A stretch of DNA of 63,878 nt, the filler included, from Perkinsus chesapeaki ATCC PRA-425 (Eukaryota; Protista; Perkinsozoa): assembly GCA_013115145.1 (NCBI GenBank). It is 8 parts of 8 records of this genome, joined end to end, with 100 filler letters (N's around TTAATTAATTAA, not from the genome) between each part and the next. Parts side by side here need not be neighbours in the genome. Positions count along the whole stretch, not along the records: positions 27,725 to 41,478 come from JAAPAO010000776.1; positions 41,579 to 45,239 come from JAAPAO010001371.1; positions 45,340 to 54,810 come from JAAPAO010000937.1; 5 more parts are not named here. The stretch is one strand, 5' to 3'. The notes under the pieces were generated by a model. That model was not told the origin of the DNA, made no database searches, and saw only the letters and a program-made list of their open reading frames with translations. The position numbers and the translations under genes were made by a program. How positions within the stretch are numbered: position 1 is the stretch's first letter; the number at the start of each line of letters is the position of its first letter. Shown one piece after another: positions 36,415-48,235 of this stretch.

Positions 36415-37918
36415 GCTACCACCAGGATCTCGTTCAATCCTAAGATATTATGGGGGGCACTTTCGTTGGAGCTCAACTGTCAGTGTTCTTGCTGATCAGT
36501 TCTACGAGTGTCATCATCTGGTTTAGAGGTCTCTGTTACGTTCAACATAGCTCTGAAGGATGTAGAAGGAACCGAGTATCATTTCGCATGAACACTTCGC
36601 TTTGGTGTGTTTCATGGATATACTTGCATATTTTGTGTTGGAATAGCGTGATCAACGGTTAACCGATAATCGTGCCGATGTTGTTGGAATGGCTGTAAGA
36701 TCAAAGCATGGAAGTCGTTTCTAATCGTCGTTGATATCGTCTTGTTTATAAAACATCCAAGAGACCGAGAGGAAGCTTCTGTCACCCTTCGCGTGACTTC
36801 TCTTCGAGACTCTAACAGGGGTTCACGATTATGGATTACACTTCAGTTAGCAGCCCAAAGAGAGCGCGCCACAGCGCGGTGTCACTTGAAGAATGGTCAC
36901 GTATATTGAGACATGACGAAACATCCCAATCTCAATACAGTGGCTTGCAACACTTACTCACTGGGCTCACTTCGGTCTTTGTTGAGCCGAAATTGTGGTC
37001 CAACATCGAAGCCATGTCTTCCGGCTGCGTCCTTCACTTTTCATGGCAGAGAAAGCATTCTCGAAGCTACCAACGGCTGGTATAATGTTGACTCCTCAGC
37101 GAGGGACTCTCCAGGATAGAATCGAATAATCACGGAACTCATAAGCAATAGTTGGGAGGCACTGCTCGATCGGTCCCATAATTATATAACAGTATTCCTC
37201 AAAGGAATTCCCTGAATGCCTCCAGCAACATAGGCTATTTTACATAGCCCACCTCAGCCCATTCTAACACCCACACTAACTCTTCGTCAACTACCGGTGA
37301 TACATTGTCCAGGCTAGTAAGACTAGCCACTCCTCACCTTCGTACTGGGTCACGTCCTACAACATCTACTATGGCCCATGAAAAAACCCACAGAGTCTGA
37401 GATGCTCTTCTCAAAGCATTGTCTCCGTTGATCCATCGAGTTAAACTCTAAGATCAACGATTTGGTATTCCCTTGCAACTCATCACTTACTCCCGAATGT
37501 GCTTGCTCCTCTCGCTGGCGCTATGCTGCTCTTTCAGGAGCAAACCGCGTGTTGTAGTGTAGAATCCGCGCATCGATGATGCCCCGTCGCGGAGCCCTGC
37601 GCCTCCCACATGCGCTTAGGTTTTTAGCTCAGCTAAGAAACCCGGCCCATCGCACCTCATTCTCATATATCCTCTCATGGGTGACAGTAACCCTGTGTAC
37701 TTTGTGCTAATAACAGAAAGGAACCCCAGGGAGGAAATATGACAGACTTGTGTTGGGTAGAATTCGGAGACACGTCACACTGTAGGGTCTCTGAAACTTG
37801 ATAACATGTATCTAGTGGCAAGATACTCGTGTCACTATGACATTGTGCATCATAGCCGACCAGATTCATATCGGATTTCGACGCTCGTCCAGTAAGTTGG
37901 TTATTCCTCATCTACATT

Positions 37919-40437
37919 ATGGACAGAAGTTCATCCTTCCCTCCCAAGGCCCCTATGGTTCCCTCATTTAACCTTTACGGGGCTTTATTTGGTACTGTTT
38001 ACATTACCATTGCAGCGACACCCATGATAGTTCTGGGATACTACCACAGTCATTATGCTTATTGCGGTGTAAGTTGCCTGCCATGCGCCTTACGGAGCAG
38101 CTCAGTCATTTTCAGGTTCTGGCTGTGACCAATGCGGTATTTGGCTGTGTGCTCAACTACAACTTCTTCAAGATCTTCTACCGCACCTCGCTCATTGGAG
38201 TCTGGCTCGGTACAGCTCTAGGCTGTTTTGTACATTTTGTTGTTGAAGCTATGGGTGGAGGAGTGTACTACCCCCTAGCAGGCATTGCTCTGTTTATACC
38301 TTTTGTCTTTCTCATTTCCTTACCATACCGAGGCCTGGGTTGTAAGCTCACCCTCGTATGGGCCGTTGAGCCCGTAACGATACAGTCTTTCTCACCAATC
38401 GCCTTCTACAATCATTCCGCTTATACTGAGGCTGTTTATATGGCAACTCTTGGTACGATCACTATTACTGTCACTTTCCTTCTTGTATATATCCTACATG
38501 TAACAAGGCTCATTCCGTATGCTGGACCAAGCCCAGTGGAGAGGTTCGCATTTGCCACAGCTGATCTCTATAGTGCTGCAGTGGACAGTTCCACTACTAA
38601 GGTGAACCAAAGAAGCTTTACTTTGGCATCCCACCAGTTCGATACGGCATTCGGTGGCCTGGTACCCTCCAACTTGCCCATTGAACTGCAGGGCTCAGCT
38701 TGGAAGATAGCCAGTCTTCTACTTTTGTTGAGGAGAACCTTGAACGAGAACCCTCTCGACGAGACATCCGTGGTTCGGTGGTGGAATCCGATTGCCGGAG
38801 ACATAGATCGGCTCAAATGCTCAACTGTGGCAGTTCTAAGGTCTGTCTCACCGAATCCTGGATGTAGGGAAATCCAAGATGATGAAGTTCAAGTTGACTT
38901 AGAGATGCTCTGCAAGCCTCTAAGAAGAAGGGTCTTAGAAATCGAACACAACTCGGCCGGTCAACAAATGTCGGACGAGCTCGTTCGGTTCGAGTCTATA
39001 ATGGCGGCTTTTATTGATCTCTCTTGCGAAGTTAACCAATTTTGCAGAGCCAACAGAAAATGTCAGAAAAACTCTCAGCAAAGCAGCATTGCAAATGTGA
39101 GCCATTCTTGTGTACAAATTGTGACGGTGTTGGTGTGTCAGGTGCCCACCAGAGAGAGACTCCGAAAGTGGTGTAAGAATAAGATTGACTCATCGGTACG
39201 CTTCTGGAAGGCGCCACTGTTCAACAACCTCGAAGACGGTCTTCCTCTCCGAGCTCGTCTATTATTTGTGCTACGCATAAGCCTATGTGTTTCTATCGCG
39301 GCTGCTGTGATGGTTATTATTTCTTGGTACGTCCCAATCGCCAAAACCTACTTCACCTATCTCCTGGCTCCGCTATATATGTGCAATCTGCCAACCGCCG
39401 GAGCAACCCTTGTGAAGGGAAATCTGAGGATTTTTGGCACGTTCGCAGCCTGTATAGTTGTCGTGATCTGTATCGCGGCAAACCCGCATGTTTTGCAGGC
39501 TTGGATCCTCGAGCTGTGGATCGTTTCCTTCATCGGTGTCCTGGTGAGTCTAAATCCCAAGTACGGCTATGCTGGGTTACTATTCGTGTTGTCGTGGATT
39601 TGTGTTGGCTTCATGAACGGTGTCATCACGGACGACTCTAGAGAAGAGATGTTCCTTACGGCTGCTTGGCGAATGGGCCTCACTCTTGGTGGCGTTATTG
39701 CGGCCAATTTGTCGTCTCTGCTCATCTTCCCCCAATACGCATCAGCACAACTAAGGGATTTGTCAGCTAGAGCTATCAAGGATGCCGCGGAGAGCGTGTC
39801 TTATGCAATTGCACTGGTTACTGACCCAGACGAAGATTCAAGTGATAAGACTTTCCGGGGTCGACAGCAACTTGGCCCAAGAATCTTCAAATACCAGTCT
39901 CAAAGGAACTCTCTGAAGGCGGATGCCGCGGCTGAGGTCGCGGTTTACGGCAGATTCCGCATGGTTCCACTCAACTGTAAGAAGGTTTTGGAGAACCGCT
40001 GGAAGATCACTAAGATGACTTCAACAGCAGTGGTGCTGTATGACACTCTTGTAGCTGCTGCGCAAACTGAGCACGCTGAAGTTCAAGATGTACTTGTGTC
40101 GGTTAGACCGGCCATGTTGAAGATGCTGGTAGCGTTGAATACTTCAGCCGCTCGTATTTACGACGAGTTAACTCACACCGAGGTGAAAGCACCGGTATCA
40201 ATACCCCCAGATGAAGACGTTAAGTTGGTTATGCAGGAGTACAGTGAAGTGTTCCATAGCGCGGTCGATAAGCTTCTGGCCCACGAATCTTCAGCCGAAG
40301 AAGGTCACAGTTTGCGCGGTGAGATGATCCAAATGTTGTACGCTCTCTCTCTTTTCGTAGAAGATTGGACATCCTTGGAGGAGTCCCTTATAGATATTGC
40401 TCCTGTTACGGAGATGAAATCTTCTTTGACTGGCTAG
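37919..40437 (+). CDS. ALMT/FUSC-family membrane transporter or channel
   Basis: Long 3' exon with two TM bundles; PTAGATLVKGNLRIFGT resembles the ALMT/FUSC GAT..KG..R..GT motif; short 5' introns (gtaagt...ttttcag near 38070-38115). Confidence 0.7.
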
Positions 40438-41174
40438 AGGTTGTTGTTCTTGGCTTCGAACCATCGCATTCAAAGCTCCATCGTCGGCATGTTCTTCGTA
40501 CGCCTCACCAGCTCTTACGGAAGTTTTCAATAAACAAGCTGCATAGAAGTGTTGTCAATTCAACGGTGACAGTTAGCCCTCGATATACTGCTGTTTCTCT
40601 TCCATGTAGCATCATCAGGGACTTCCTGACAGGCAATCATCATAATACTACAATACCAGACAATGCCAAACATGCCCCTTAACGTATAAGAATCAAAAGG
40701 ACTCCTCAAGATAATCCATTCATAGGGTTTTAGACTAACATCAGATGCATCCTCACCAGAGAAACGAGCATTATTTTGCATGAACCTTGCCTTGTGTTCC
40801 GCAGGCATCTTGCATTTTTTTTGTTGGATTAGTGAGGCCAAAGATTAATCGGCAATGGTGCCGAAGCTGTTAGCATGGCTCGAAAAGCAAGACTTAGTCG
40901 AGTTTTCTGTACTTGATACCTCCGCTGAGACCGTTTTAATGAGACGTCAGCGAGGCTCGAGTTGCAGTTAGCGACCCAAAAAGCACGAAGCAGAGTATGC
41001 GCTATCGATTTGCTGCGGGTTTGTCCCTTGAAGGGTGATCGTAGACTAAGGTGCGACCAAGCATCTCAAATGAGCAGTTGCTTGCAACACTGATATATCG
41101 GGTGTTCGATCGTTGTGTTCCGGTGAACACTCTGTATTGTGGCCGAAGCGATGTTGAGCTAGATATTTATAACG

Positions 41175-41246
41175 GGTTCTATGGTGTAACGGTTAGCACT
41201 CAATACTCTGAATCTGGCGATCTGGGTTCAAATCCCGGTAGAACCT
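41175..41246 (+). tRNA. tRNA-Gln(CTG) with two anticodon-stem mismatches (possible pseudogene)
   Basis: GGTTCTA/TAGAACC acceptor, GTGT/GCAC D-arm, CTGGG-TTCAAAT-CCCGG T-arm; anticodon stem CAATA/TCTGG. Confidence 0.85.
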
Positions 41247-42116
41247 ATACCATTTCGTTTAGTCTGCCATGCAGCAGTAAAAGACTTAAAGGCTGAAGAA
41301 CATACTGTGAAGACATAAAGACAGTGACGCCAAGGGCTCCAGATCGAAAGCTCTCTGTCCCTCAACCTGTCTCTAGGGCGCATATTCGTCTATTCCCATC
41401 TACTGTATTGCTGCTCCATCAGCCAGGTACATAGAGACAGTCACCATAATGTACACGCGTGCAGCTTATTCCCTTGGGNNNNNNNNNNNNNNNNNNNNNN
41501 NNNNNNNNNNNNNNNNNNNNNNTTAATTAATTAANNNNNNNNNNNNNNNNNNNNNNNNNNNNNNNNNNNNNNNNNNNNTAATAATATTAGTTAGATATAT
41601 TTTTTATATATTTCGCTGTCACCACATCACCGGCCAATAACCGTGTATGTAATTTACACAGTGCCGGATTCACACTGACCGTCAACTTGGCACCCAAGGG
41701 CGGTGACACAAGTTATCCTTTGTGTCACAGTGCACAACTTCCCTAGTCTTCCCATACCGAATCTTCGGCGTTCGTGTCAACTTCGCAGAATGACTATGTT
41801 GTGCGGATGAAGGAAGATTGTCCAAAATATGGCTGGGTTGTCAATGGATTGTGAGAAGTTGTGAAGATAGAGGCGCAGCAAACACTAGCGAGGCCTAGGA
41901 CGCGAAGGCCCAGACTCAGGAGTCGGGATAAGTAGCAGGATATGGTGCAACAAGAGAGGATATTGGTGGCTTAAAATGTGCGCAAAATGCGACTCAATGA
42001 TAGCAATCGTGTGCGGCCCCGGTGAAAAACCAAGTGCACGTGAATTCTAGGCAGCTGCGCACTCGCACTGCAGAGTATGCGCGCGTCAAGTGAGCGCCAA
42101 GCGAACGCTCCGGTAA

Positions 42117-42167
42117 TTTCGTGGCGCGCAAGAATTTAATGCTACCCGCACACTATCAACGTCGACC
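42117..42167 (+). promoter_or_regulatory. Upstream elements of SL RNA gene 1
   Basis: TTTCG..GCGCGC, AGAATTTAATGCTAC (-47..-33) and TCAACGTCGACC (-22..-11) recur at the same offsets upstream of SL gene 2. Confidence 0.75.
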
Positions 42168-42177
42168 CCTATAGGTT

Positions 42178-42260
42178 ACCGTAGCCATCTTGGCTCAAGG
42201 TAAATATCCGGTCCACTCGCTAGGCTGCAGCCTAAAGGTGAATGCCAGTGACGACCCTTT
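42178..42260 (+). ncRNA. Spliced-leader RNA gene 1 (canonical 22-nt Perkinsus-type exon)
   Basis: ACCGTAGCCATCTTGGCTCAAG immediately followed by GTAAAT donor, TAGGC-TGCA-GCCTA hairpin and TTTTT about 80 nt from the start. Confidence 0.92.
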
Positions 42261-42296
42261 TTATACTTTTAAGTTGCTATTACTTGAAGTCAGCAT

Positions 42297-42377
42297 TTCC
42301 CCGTTCCCCTGGCCAATGTTGAACTGAAGGCTTCGTTTCACGAATGCAAGCACAACATTGACCAGGGGACCGGGGAA
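42297..42377. other. 81-nt hairpin (25-bp arms, 2 mismatches)
   Basis: TTCCCCGTTCCCCTGGCCAATGTTG (42297-42321) pairs with CAACATTGACCAGGGGACCGGGGAA (42353-42377). Confidence 0.85.
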
Positions 42378-42435
42378 TCTGAATATAATGCACACGCATA
42401 TCACTGTCATACGGTATAATCTAACTGAAATAAAC

Positions 42436-42494
42436 TGCATCATCCGAGAATCGAACTCGGGTCACAACGATGGCAACGTTGTATTCTACCACTG
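42436..42494 (-). tRNA. tRNA-Gly(GCC), 5'-truncated (first ~12 nt missing)
   Basis: CAGTGGTAGAAT-A-CAACG-TTGCCAT-CGTTG-TGAC-CCGAG-TTCGATT-CTCGG-ATGATGC-A; the expected 5' GCATCAT is replaced by unrelated sequence. Confidence 0.88.
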
Positions 42495-44712
42495 TGTATT
42501 GAGCGTTAATGTCTGCATTGTAGTTATCATTCATTTGCATACCACACTGGTGCATCATCCGATATGGCCGAGAATCTTCCTCAACCCCAAGCTGCTGCCC
42601 TTGACCAAGCTTCTATCGCCGCCCTGGCTGATGTTATCCGTACGATGGTGGTTGAAGCGAAGGTCACGATCGACCCTACCAGACCCCTCCAATGCGTGAT
42701 GGCCCTCCAGAATGAGGTTAATGAGGCTATCAATAAGTTACAGGCAGCGACCAATGTGGCCACGGCCAAGAATGAAGTTGGAGGACGCCTCCAGGATCTG
42801 AAGAGTTCCCTGAACAAGTTTAAGGATGCTTGGGAGACCCTTTCATTGACCGAACACCAGAACGCTACTATCTCTGAGGAAGCCTCCTATTCCGGTATCC
42901 CTCCAGCTGAGAGGATGCAACTTCGCATGCTCTCCAAGATGGACACCCTGGTTAATAAGATGACAAGACCCCCGGTGAATCGTTTCAACAACTCTCCCTC
43001 CGGTGTTGGAATGAGGTGTTACAACTGTAACCAGCTGGGCCACCAGGCCAAAGATTGTCCTAAGAAGACTACGCTTCTAACTGAAGGTGCCGTGCTGATA
43101 GTGATGAGGCAGCAATCAGCCGGCAGGAAGAAGCTAAGCCTCCTGATAAGTTAGATATATTGTTTTTGAAATTAGATAAGTTATCCCAAGATATCAGGGA
43201 TCTGAAGACTTCGAAGGGCGCTGAGCCCGAGCCCGATTCTGATGCGGCATCAACTGCAGCGTCTGATGAGGAAACCCCCAACAGCCCTAGGGAAGTGGCG
43301 CCCCCTGGGGACCGTGTCACTTTTGACTGTGATAATTATAATCTACGTTGGGATGATAGTCGAAGTATGTATGTTGTGAAGCTTAAGCAGGGCCCTCCGA
43401 GAGGGAAGGTCCCGCCTAGTGATGGGAGAAGGCAGAGCTACTGCCGTGATGATCAGTTGGTGACTCTTGAAGAAGCCCAGGCCGACATGGTGGAGTACGA
43501 CGCCAACGAAGAGATATCTGAGGAACAACTGATAGAAGAATGCTATCCATTAAGGATGTTTGTACCCCCCGAAGAAGGTCGCCGAGTGAGAGGAGTGTTA
43601 AACCTGATACAATTTAATGAACATTGTGGACAAGGCTCCCAAGCAGAAGCGAATATTAAGGACTTTAAGTCCTGGACTTATTTGAGAAACTAAGAGTGAC
43701 CAATACTGATAACGTGGTGCAGGCAGATTTATCACGAGCATTCTACTCGGTAGCTATAGAAGCTGAAGATGGTATAGCTGTACCATCTTCATACCATCTT
43801 CATCTTCATGTTGTAAGATGGTGAGACTGCCTATGGGCTGGAGATTCAGTATGAAGGTATTGTCCTTATGTGTAGAAGATATCCTGGGAAGATATTCTGA
43901 AGGACAACATCCCCGTTAAGGGAGTGACAAGAGTCGTGCATGCTAATAATATCGTGTATTCATCTGTGAAGGAGAAGAGTGGTATGGTACTTCAGCAGGT
44001 CGAGGACGATGAGAAGATTCTAAACGCTAGAGCCTTCAGATGGAAGCCAGGGAGCGTGGAGCGACTGAGAGACAATCCCGGTGACGCCATGAATGTGCTG
44101 GGTTATACTCTGTCCCGTTCAGATGACTCGTCCATCGTAATCGGCGTGAAGTATCGCACGCTGCCAGAGATATGGAGCCGAAGATCATTGTTACAATGGG
44201 CAGCTAAATGCTACGACGAGCTAGGCATCTCTGGAGCCGGAGCTATCAAGTCTAAGCTATCCAGCTTCGCGATGGCCGGTATACCCACTAAAGCAAGAAG
44301 AAAGTACATGGACGTCCCCTTATCGGTCGCTGAACGCCGAACAGTATGCCCATGGTTGGATGATCTTGTCAAGAAGTCTGGTAAACTAATCTCTTGGGCA
44401 CCCCGCACAGCGTGCGGGCGTGTACGTGCGTACACTGATGCAAGCGGCTCTGGCTGGGGCGTGAAGATCGTACAAGAAGGCCTAGCTCATCCTCTAGGAC
44501 GCTGGAGTGGACGATGGACGCAGAAGACGTATCACCTTGGGATGCCGGCGAAGGAGGCCCTTGGTATCATCAAAGGAGTGAGATACTGCCCATGGAAGGA
44601 AGCCGACATCTATTCTGACTCCAGCACGTGGGGTTTTGACGTGCTGCTGCTGGGGATAAAGATAATAGTAAGGGTAATAGCTGTATATCAGTGGGCACAT
44701 TATGCGAATTAA
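42493..44712 (+). mobile_element. Degenerate gag-RT-RNase H retroelement with tRNA-Gly PBS (5' part)
   Basis: TG..CA segment 42493-42546, PBS 42548-42562, gag 42564-43154 with CYNCNQLGHQAKDC, RT motifs VRGVLNLIQFN, ADLSRAFYSV (43723), RLPMGW (43824), dead HANNIV, VLGYTL, RNase H YTDASGSGWG/KEALG/YSDS; frameshifted; no integrase or 3' end found. Confidence 0.82.
42548..42562 (+). promoter_or_regulatory. Primer-binding site complementary to the tRNA-Gly 3' end
   Basis: TGGTGCATCATCCGA is the exact complement of TCGGATGATGCA+CCA of the adjacent tRNA-Gly; begins 1 nt after ...ACCACA. Confidence 0.85.
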
Positions 44713-47288
44713 TTAGATAATGAGGATACGATGAGTTGCTACAGTGGATTAGTGAAGTGAATTAATCCGAAACCCTTTAATTACGATAAGTGAATTAGTT
44801 CCTGCAGCTCTGCGGCGGAACATAGTTGATTATGGAAGACAGAAACCCGTCTCCGGAGGTTTGGAAGCAGTTTCTGCAGTCTGAGAGAGATTTTTTCGAT
44901 TTGAATGAACTTTCTCACAACATAACGTATGAGTAATATGCAAAGTTCATGGCTCTTCCAGGGAAGTGGATAGGTTTCATCGAGGTCAGGGCGACGGCTG
45001 AATATTCGAAGAACCGAATTGTGGTCCGGTCAGATGGCTCAATACTTAAAAACGGTGCCAGATATCGCTCGATAGAGTAATAAACTTGCCAAATGCCACG
45101 AAAAATCATCCAGGAGTCCTCGGATGTGAATTTTCTTTTGTTAAAGAAATGTTGAACTTGTTCATGAATCGAAGATAACTCGTTATCGGATGTTAAATAT
45201 CCCTGGAGTGACCAGGGCTTGCTATTCAAGTGGCTGTGANNNNNNNNNNNNNNNNNNNNNNNNNNNNNNNNNNNNNNNNNNNNTTAATTAATTAANNNNN
45301 NNNNNNNNNNNNNNNNNNNNNNNNNNNNNNNNNNNNNNNAGAGAAGGTCACTTGACGCTCACTGTGCATTTTACCTAGCTGAACACTCTCAGGCGAGAGT
45401 CTTCAACTCACAAAATAAGTCACCACGTCCGATTCATACTCAGTATAGAGTTTGCAGAGTCCGTACTTTTAACATGAAGCTTGAGTGTATACATTCAATC
45501 TTAACATTTATAATCTATATATTCGATAGTATCACACTTGAGTACGAGTTTGGCGAGCTTAGGACTAACAGTTGTGGTGTCGAACTCGTGTAGCATATTG
45601 AGTTCCTTGCGTGCGACATAGTAAACTGTTTGCCATGGTGTGACAGTCACGAGCCATCTCAAGTGTCATCTCTTTTTGCCCTGGAAAGTAGTACATACTA
45701 TCAGTGGAAGTTTACTCTCCAGCGGGAACTATTGTAACTAATCATAAAGCGGGTGTTAATGTATTTTGTGCATAATCTTGAGTTTGATCATTCTCAAGCT
45801 GACTGCATACCTGCCAATCGGAGGAAGCTGATTCCATTCCGGAACCCGCACCAACCCCATTGTCAGCTATCGTTCTGTTACTACACCCGTCTTTACATTT
45901 GTTACGCTTTCTGACGGTTAAGGTTCGACACTCCCACTCTCGCAATCGTTCGCATGGTTTGAGTATTCAATCGCCGTAGTCGTTCACGTTTGAGGCCAAG
46001 CCTGGCAGCCACTCTAGCCCACTCGATAAACGCAAACCTTTCCTCTACACAGAACACCAAAGCCGGTAATAATGGTAAGTCGATATCGATGAACATAAAC
46101 ATGATCACTTATTCATGATTCGCTGGAAGCTCGGAATATCCGGCTGGGACACACTCTTGCTTAGCAGCCTGAAAGGCTGTTTACGAAGCCACGCCATGAA
46201 TGCCCTACCTTGCCGACCTGTCACTCGAGGAAAAGCTCCTGTGAGACCTGCTGCCAACTGTAGACCTCGATCGGCGAGAACTAGGCGGGAGGCCCTTTGG
46301 CTCCCTTTCGGTGGGCGGCGGTCGACTCTCAAATGCTGAAAAGAATCTTTTGCACCTTACAAGCTCGGCTCGCTGCACTACGACTAGCAGACTTCTCAGT
46401 GAGATAGAAGCATTGCTTTCCTGCTGGACTCGTGTGGAGCTTGCCCAGTATAAGCCATGGCTTGGCGAGGAAGTCAACCTGACGACGAGCAATCATGATA
46501 GATGTTAAACGGTATTCGGTTACTGATGTGGTGTTAAGGCCTTCGTAAGTTGGTCTTTCCACGCGAGTGTTGAGAGGGTGGTAGTAGTGCTGCCACTGCT
46601 CACGGCCGATGCACTCTCTCCAGTATTGATCCTAAGATGGATGACAGATATCTTAGCGAAGCATTCTTCTTGGATTAATAGGGGTTAGAAATGGATCGTT
46701 TTTAGGCTTCACCGCTCAGAGCTTTTGGAGTCCGCTTTTATGCGACACAAAGTGTATCACCCACCGGGAGCTATCAAAGACAAAGCATAGTGTTTTAAAA
46801 CATAAAGTGGTAGATAACGTGCACTAGTTTAATCCGACCTGCGTCCAAGGGACTGCTTCAATAAGAAAGTTAGAGTGTCCACAGCGAGCCATGGTTTGGA
46901 AAGGGCGCTACTGACACAATACTGAGCAAATAAATATCAGACTACATAGAGGGACTGGTCAAGAGAGCCATTACGGAGTACTTGGTACTCTACAGCTCAA
47001 TGCTATTCCAAAATCGGCTAGAGGTGTCAGAATCTTCAGAGGGACATACTTCATTCTCGAGAGAGCGCAGGTTGATATTCTATAATCTTTAAGGTATTGA
47101 AGTTCGTGATAATAAAGCAAATCAATCGAAACGTAGTTCTGGAACTTCCCAACTGAGCACCATTTTCGTCAGGGAAATAATACCTATTTTTGGGCGCGCG
47201 CCAAACAAGCTGCGCTCCTCTTTCATTTAATTACGGTGGAAATCATTTTTCTTTGTAACTATGGGACTGTCTTTTGTCAGTGTTATTA

Positions 47289-48235
47289 ATGCCATCAGCC
47301 TCGAGTGGAGGAGGTAGCGTCTCATCTATCTCATTGGTGGCACTTGGCCTTCTGGTCCTATTGGGATTGGGCATATTTGCTTGGACCAGCTTTGTAGACC
47401 TCAAACCGCCTCGAACGGTGCGGAATTGGATGCTTTCCGTGTTGGCCGTCATCACCTTCTTCGAAGTAGGTTTTCATTCTAACCTATTTTGTATCTTTTA
47501 TCAGGTATACCTTTACCTAGCTGACTTGGCTTCATGTCAATGGTTCAACTTCCTTGCCGTGACCTTCGTTTGTAACTTCTGGGGCCTTCTAGACGTCATT
47601 CGAACCTTCCCCCGAATCCGCGATCTCGATTCTTGGCAATCTGCCAAGCTCACCAGTAAGCCATCTCTTCCTCCTAGCCATCGCCTGTCACGGTTCCCCT
47701 CCAGTCTTGCTTATGTTGAAGACCTTCGTCTATTGCCTTTGTCTAGCCTATCATCCCAATAACGCCGTTCTGTTTATGGTCACTACCTTCACCAACGTCT
47801 GGCTTTTGCCTATTATGTAAGTTCCATTGTATAGTATCATAACTACTTTATTATAGTGCCTCATCCATGGTATCTCATAGGTTCCTAGTAGCTCTGCCAC
47901 ACGGTTATGAGGTCACCGATGGGCCTCGGCTAGATGATTCCTATACCGAGGACAGTAAGTCGTCATTACACTCCTTCCCCTCGTACGTATCCTATAGTCG
48001 CTCTATCTCTCTGGAAGCTACTGAGCAGCAGATGTGCCAGAGAACAAACATGGCGAATTGTGTACGAATGTCTGGCAAAGGAAGGCACTGCTTTAATGAG
48101 GCTTTTCCCTTTACCTTGCCAAAGGTATATTTCTTATTTCTTCTAGGCTGTGATGACGATCTATCTTTCAGATGGCTTTCTCAACGTAGCGGCTATATAG
48201 ACTTTAAGCTGTGCGTTGATCGTCGGTGTGTTTAA
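47289..48235 (+). CDS. Hypothetical multi-pass membrane protein, multi-exon
   Basis: Hydrophobic exons (LVALGLLVLLGLGIFAW; WFNFLAVTFVCNFWGLLDV; LFMVTTFTNVWLLP) separated by short GT-AG introns. Confidence 0.6.

Noticed and set aside
41703-41728. 9-bp hairpin GTGACACAA/TTGTGTCAC as a Helitron 3' end
   Set aside because: No CTRR terminus at the expected distance and no second copy.
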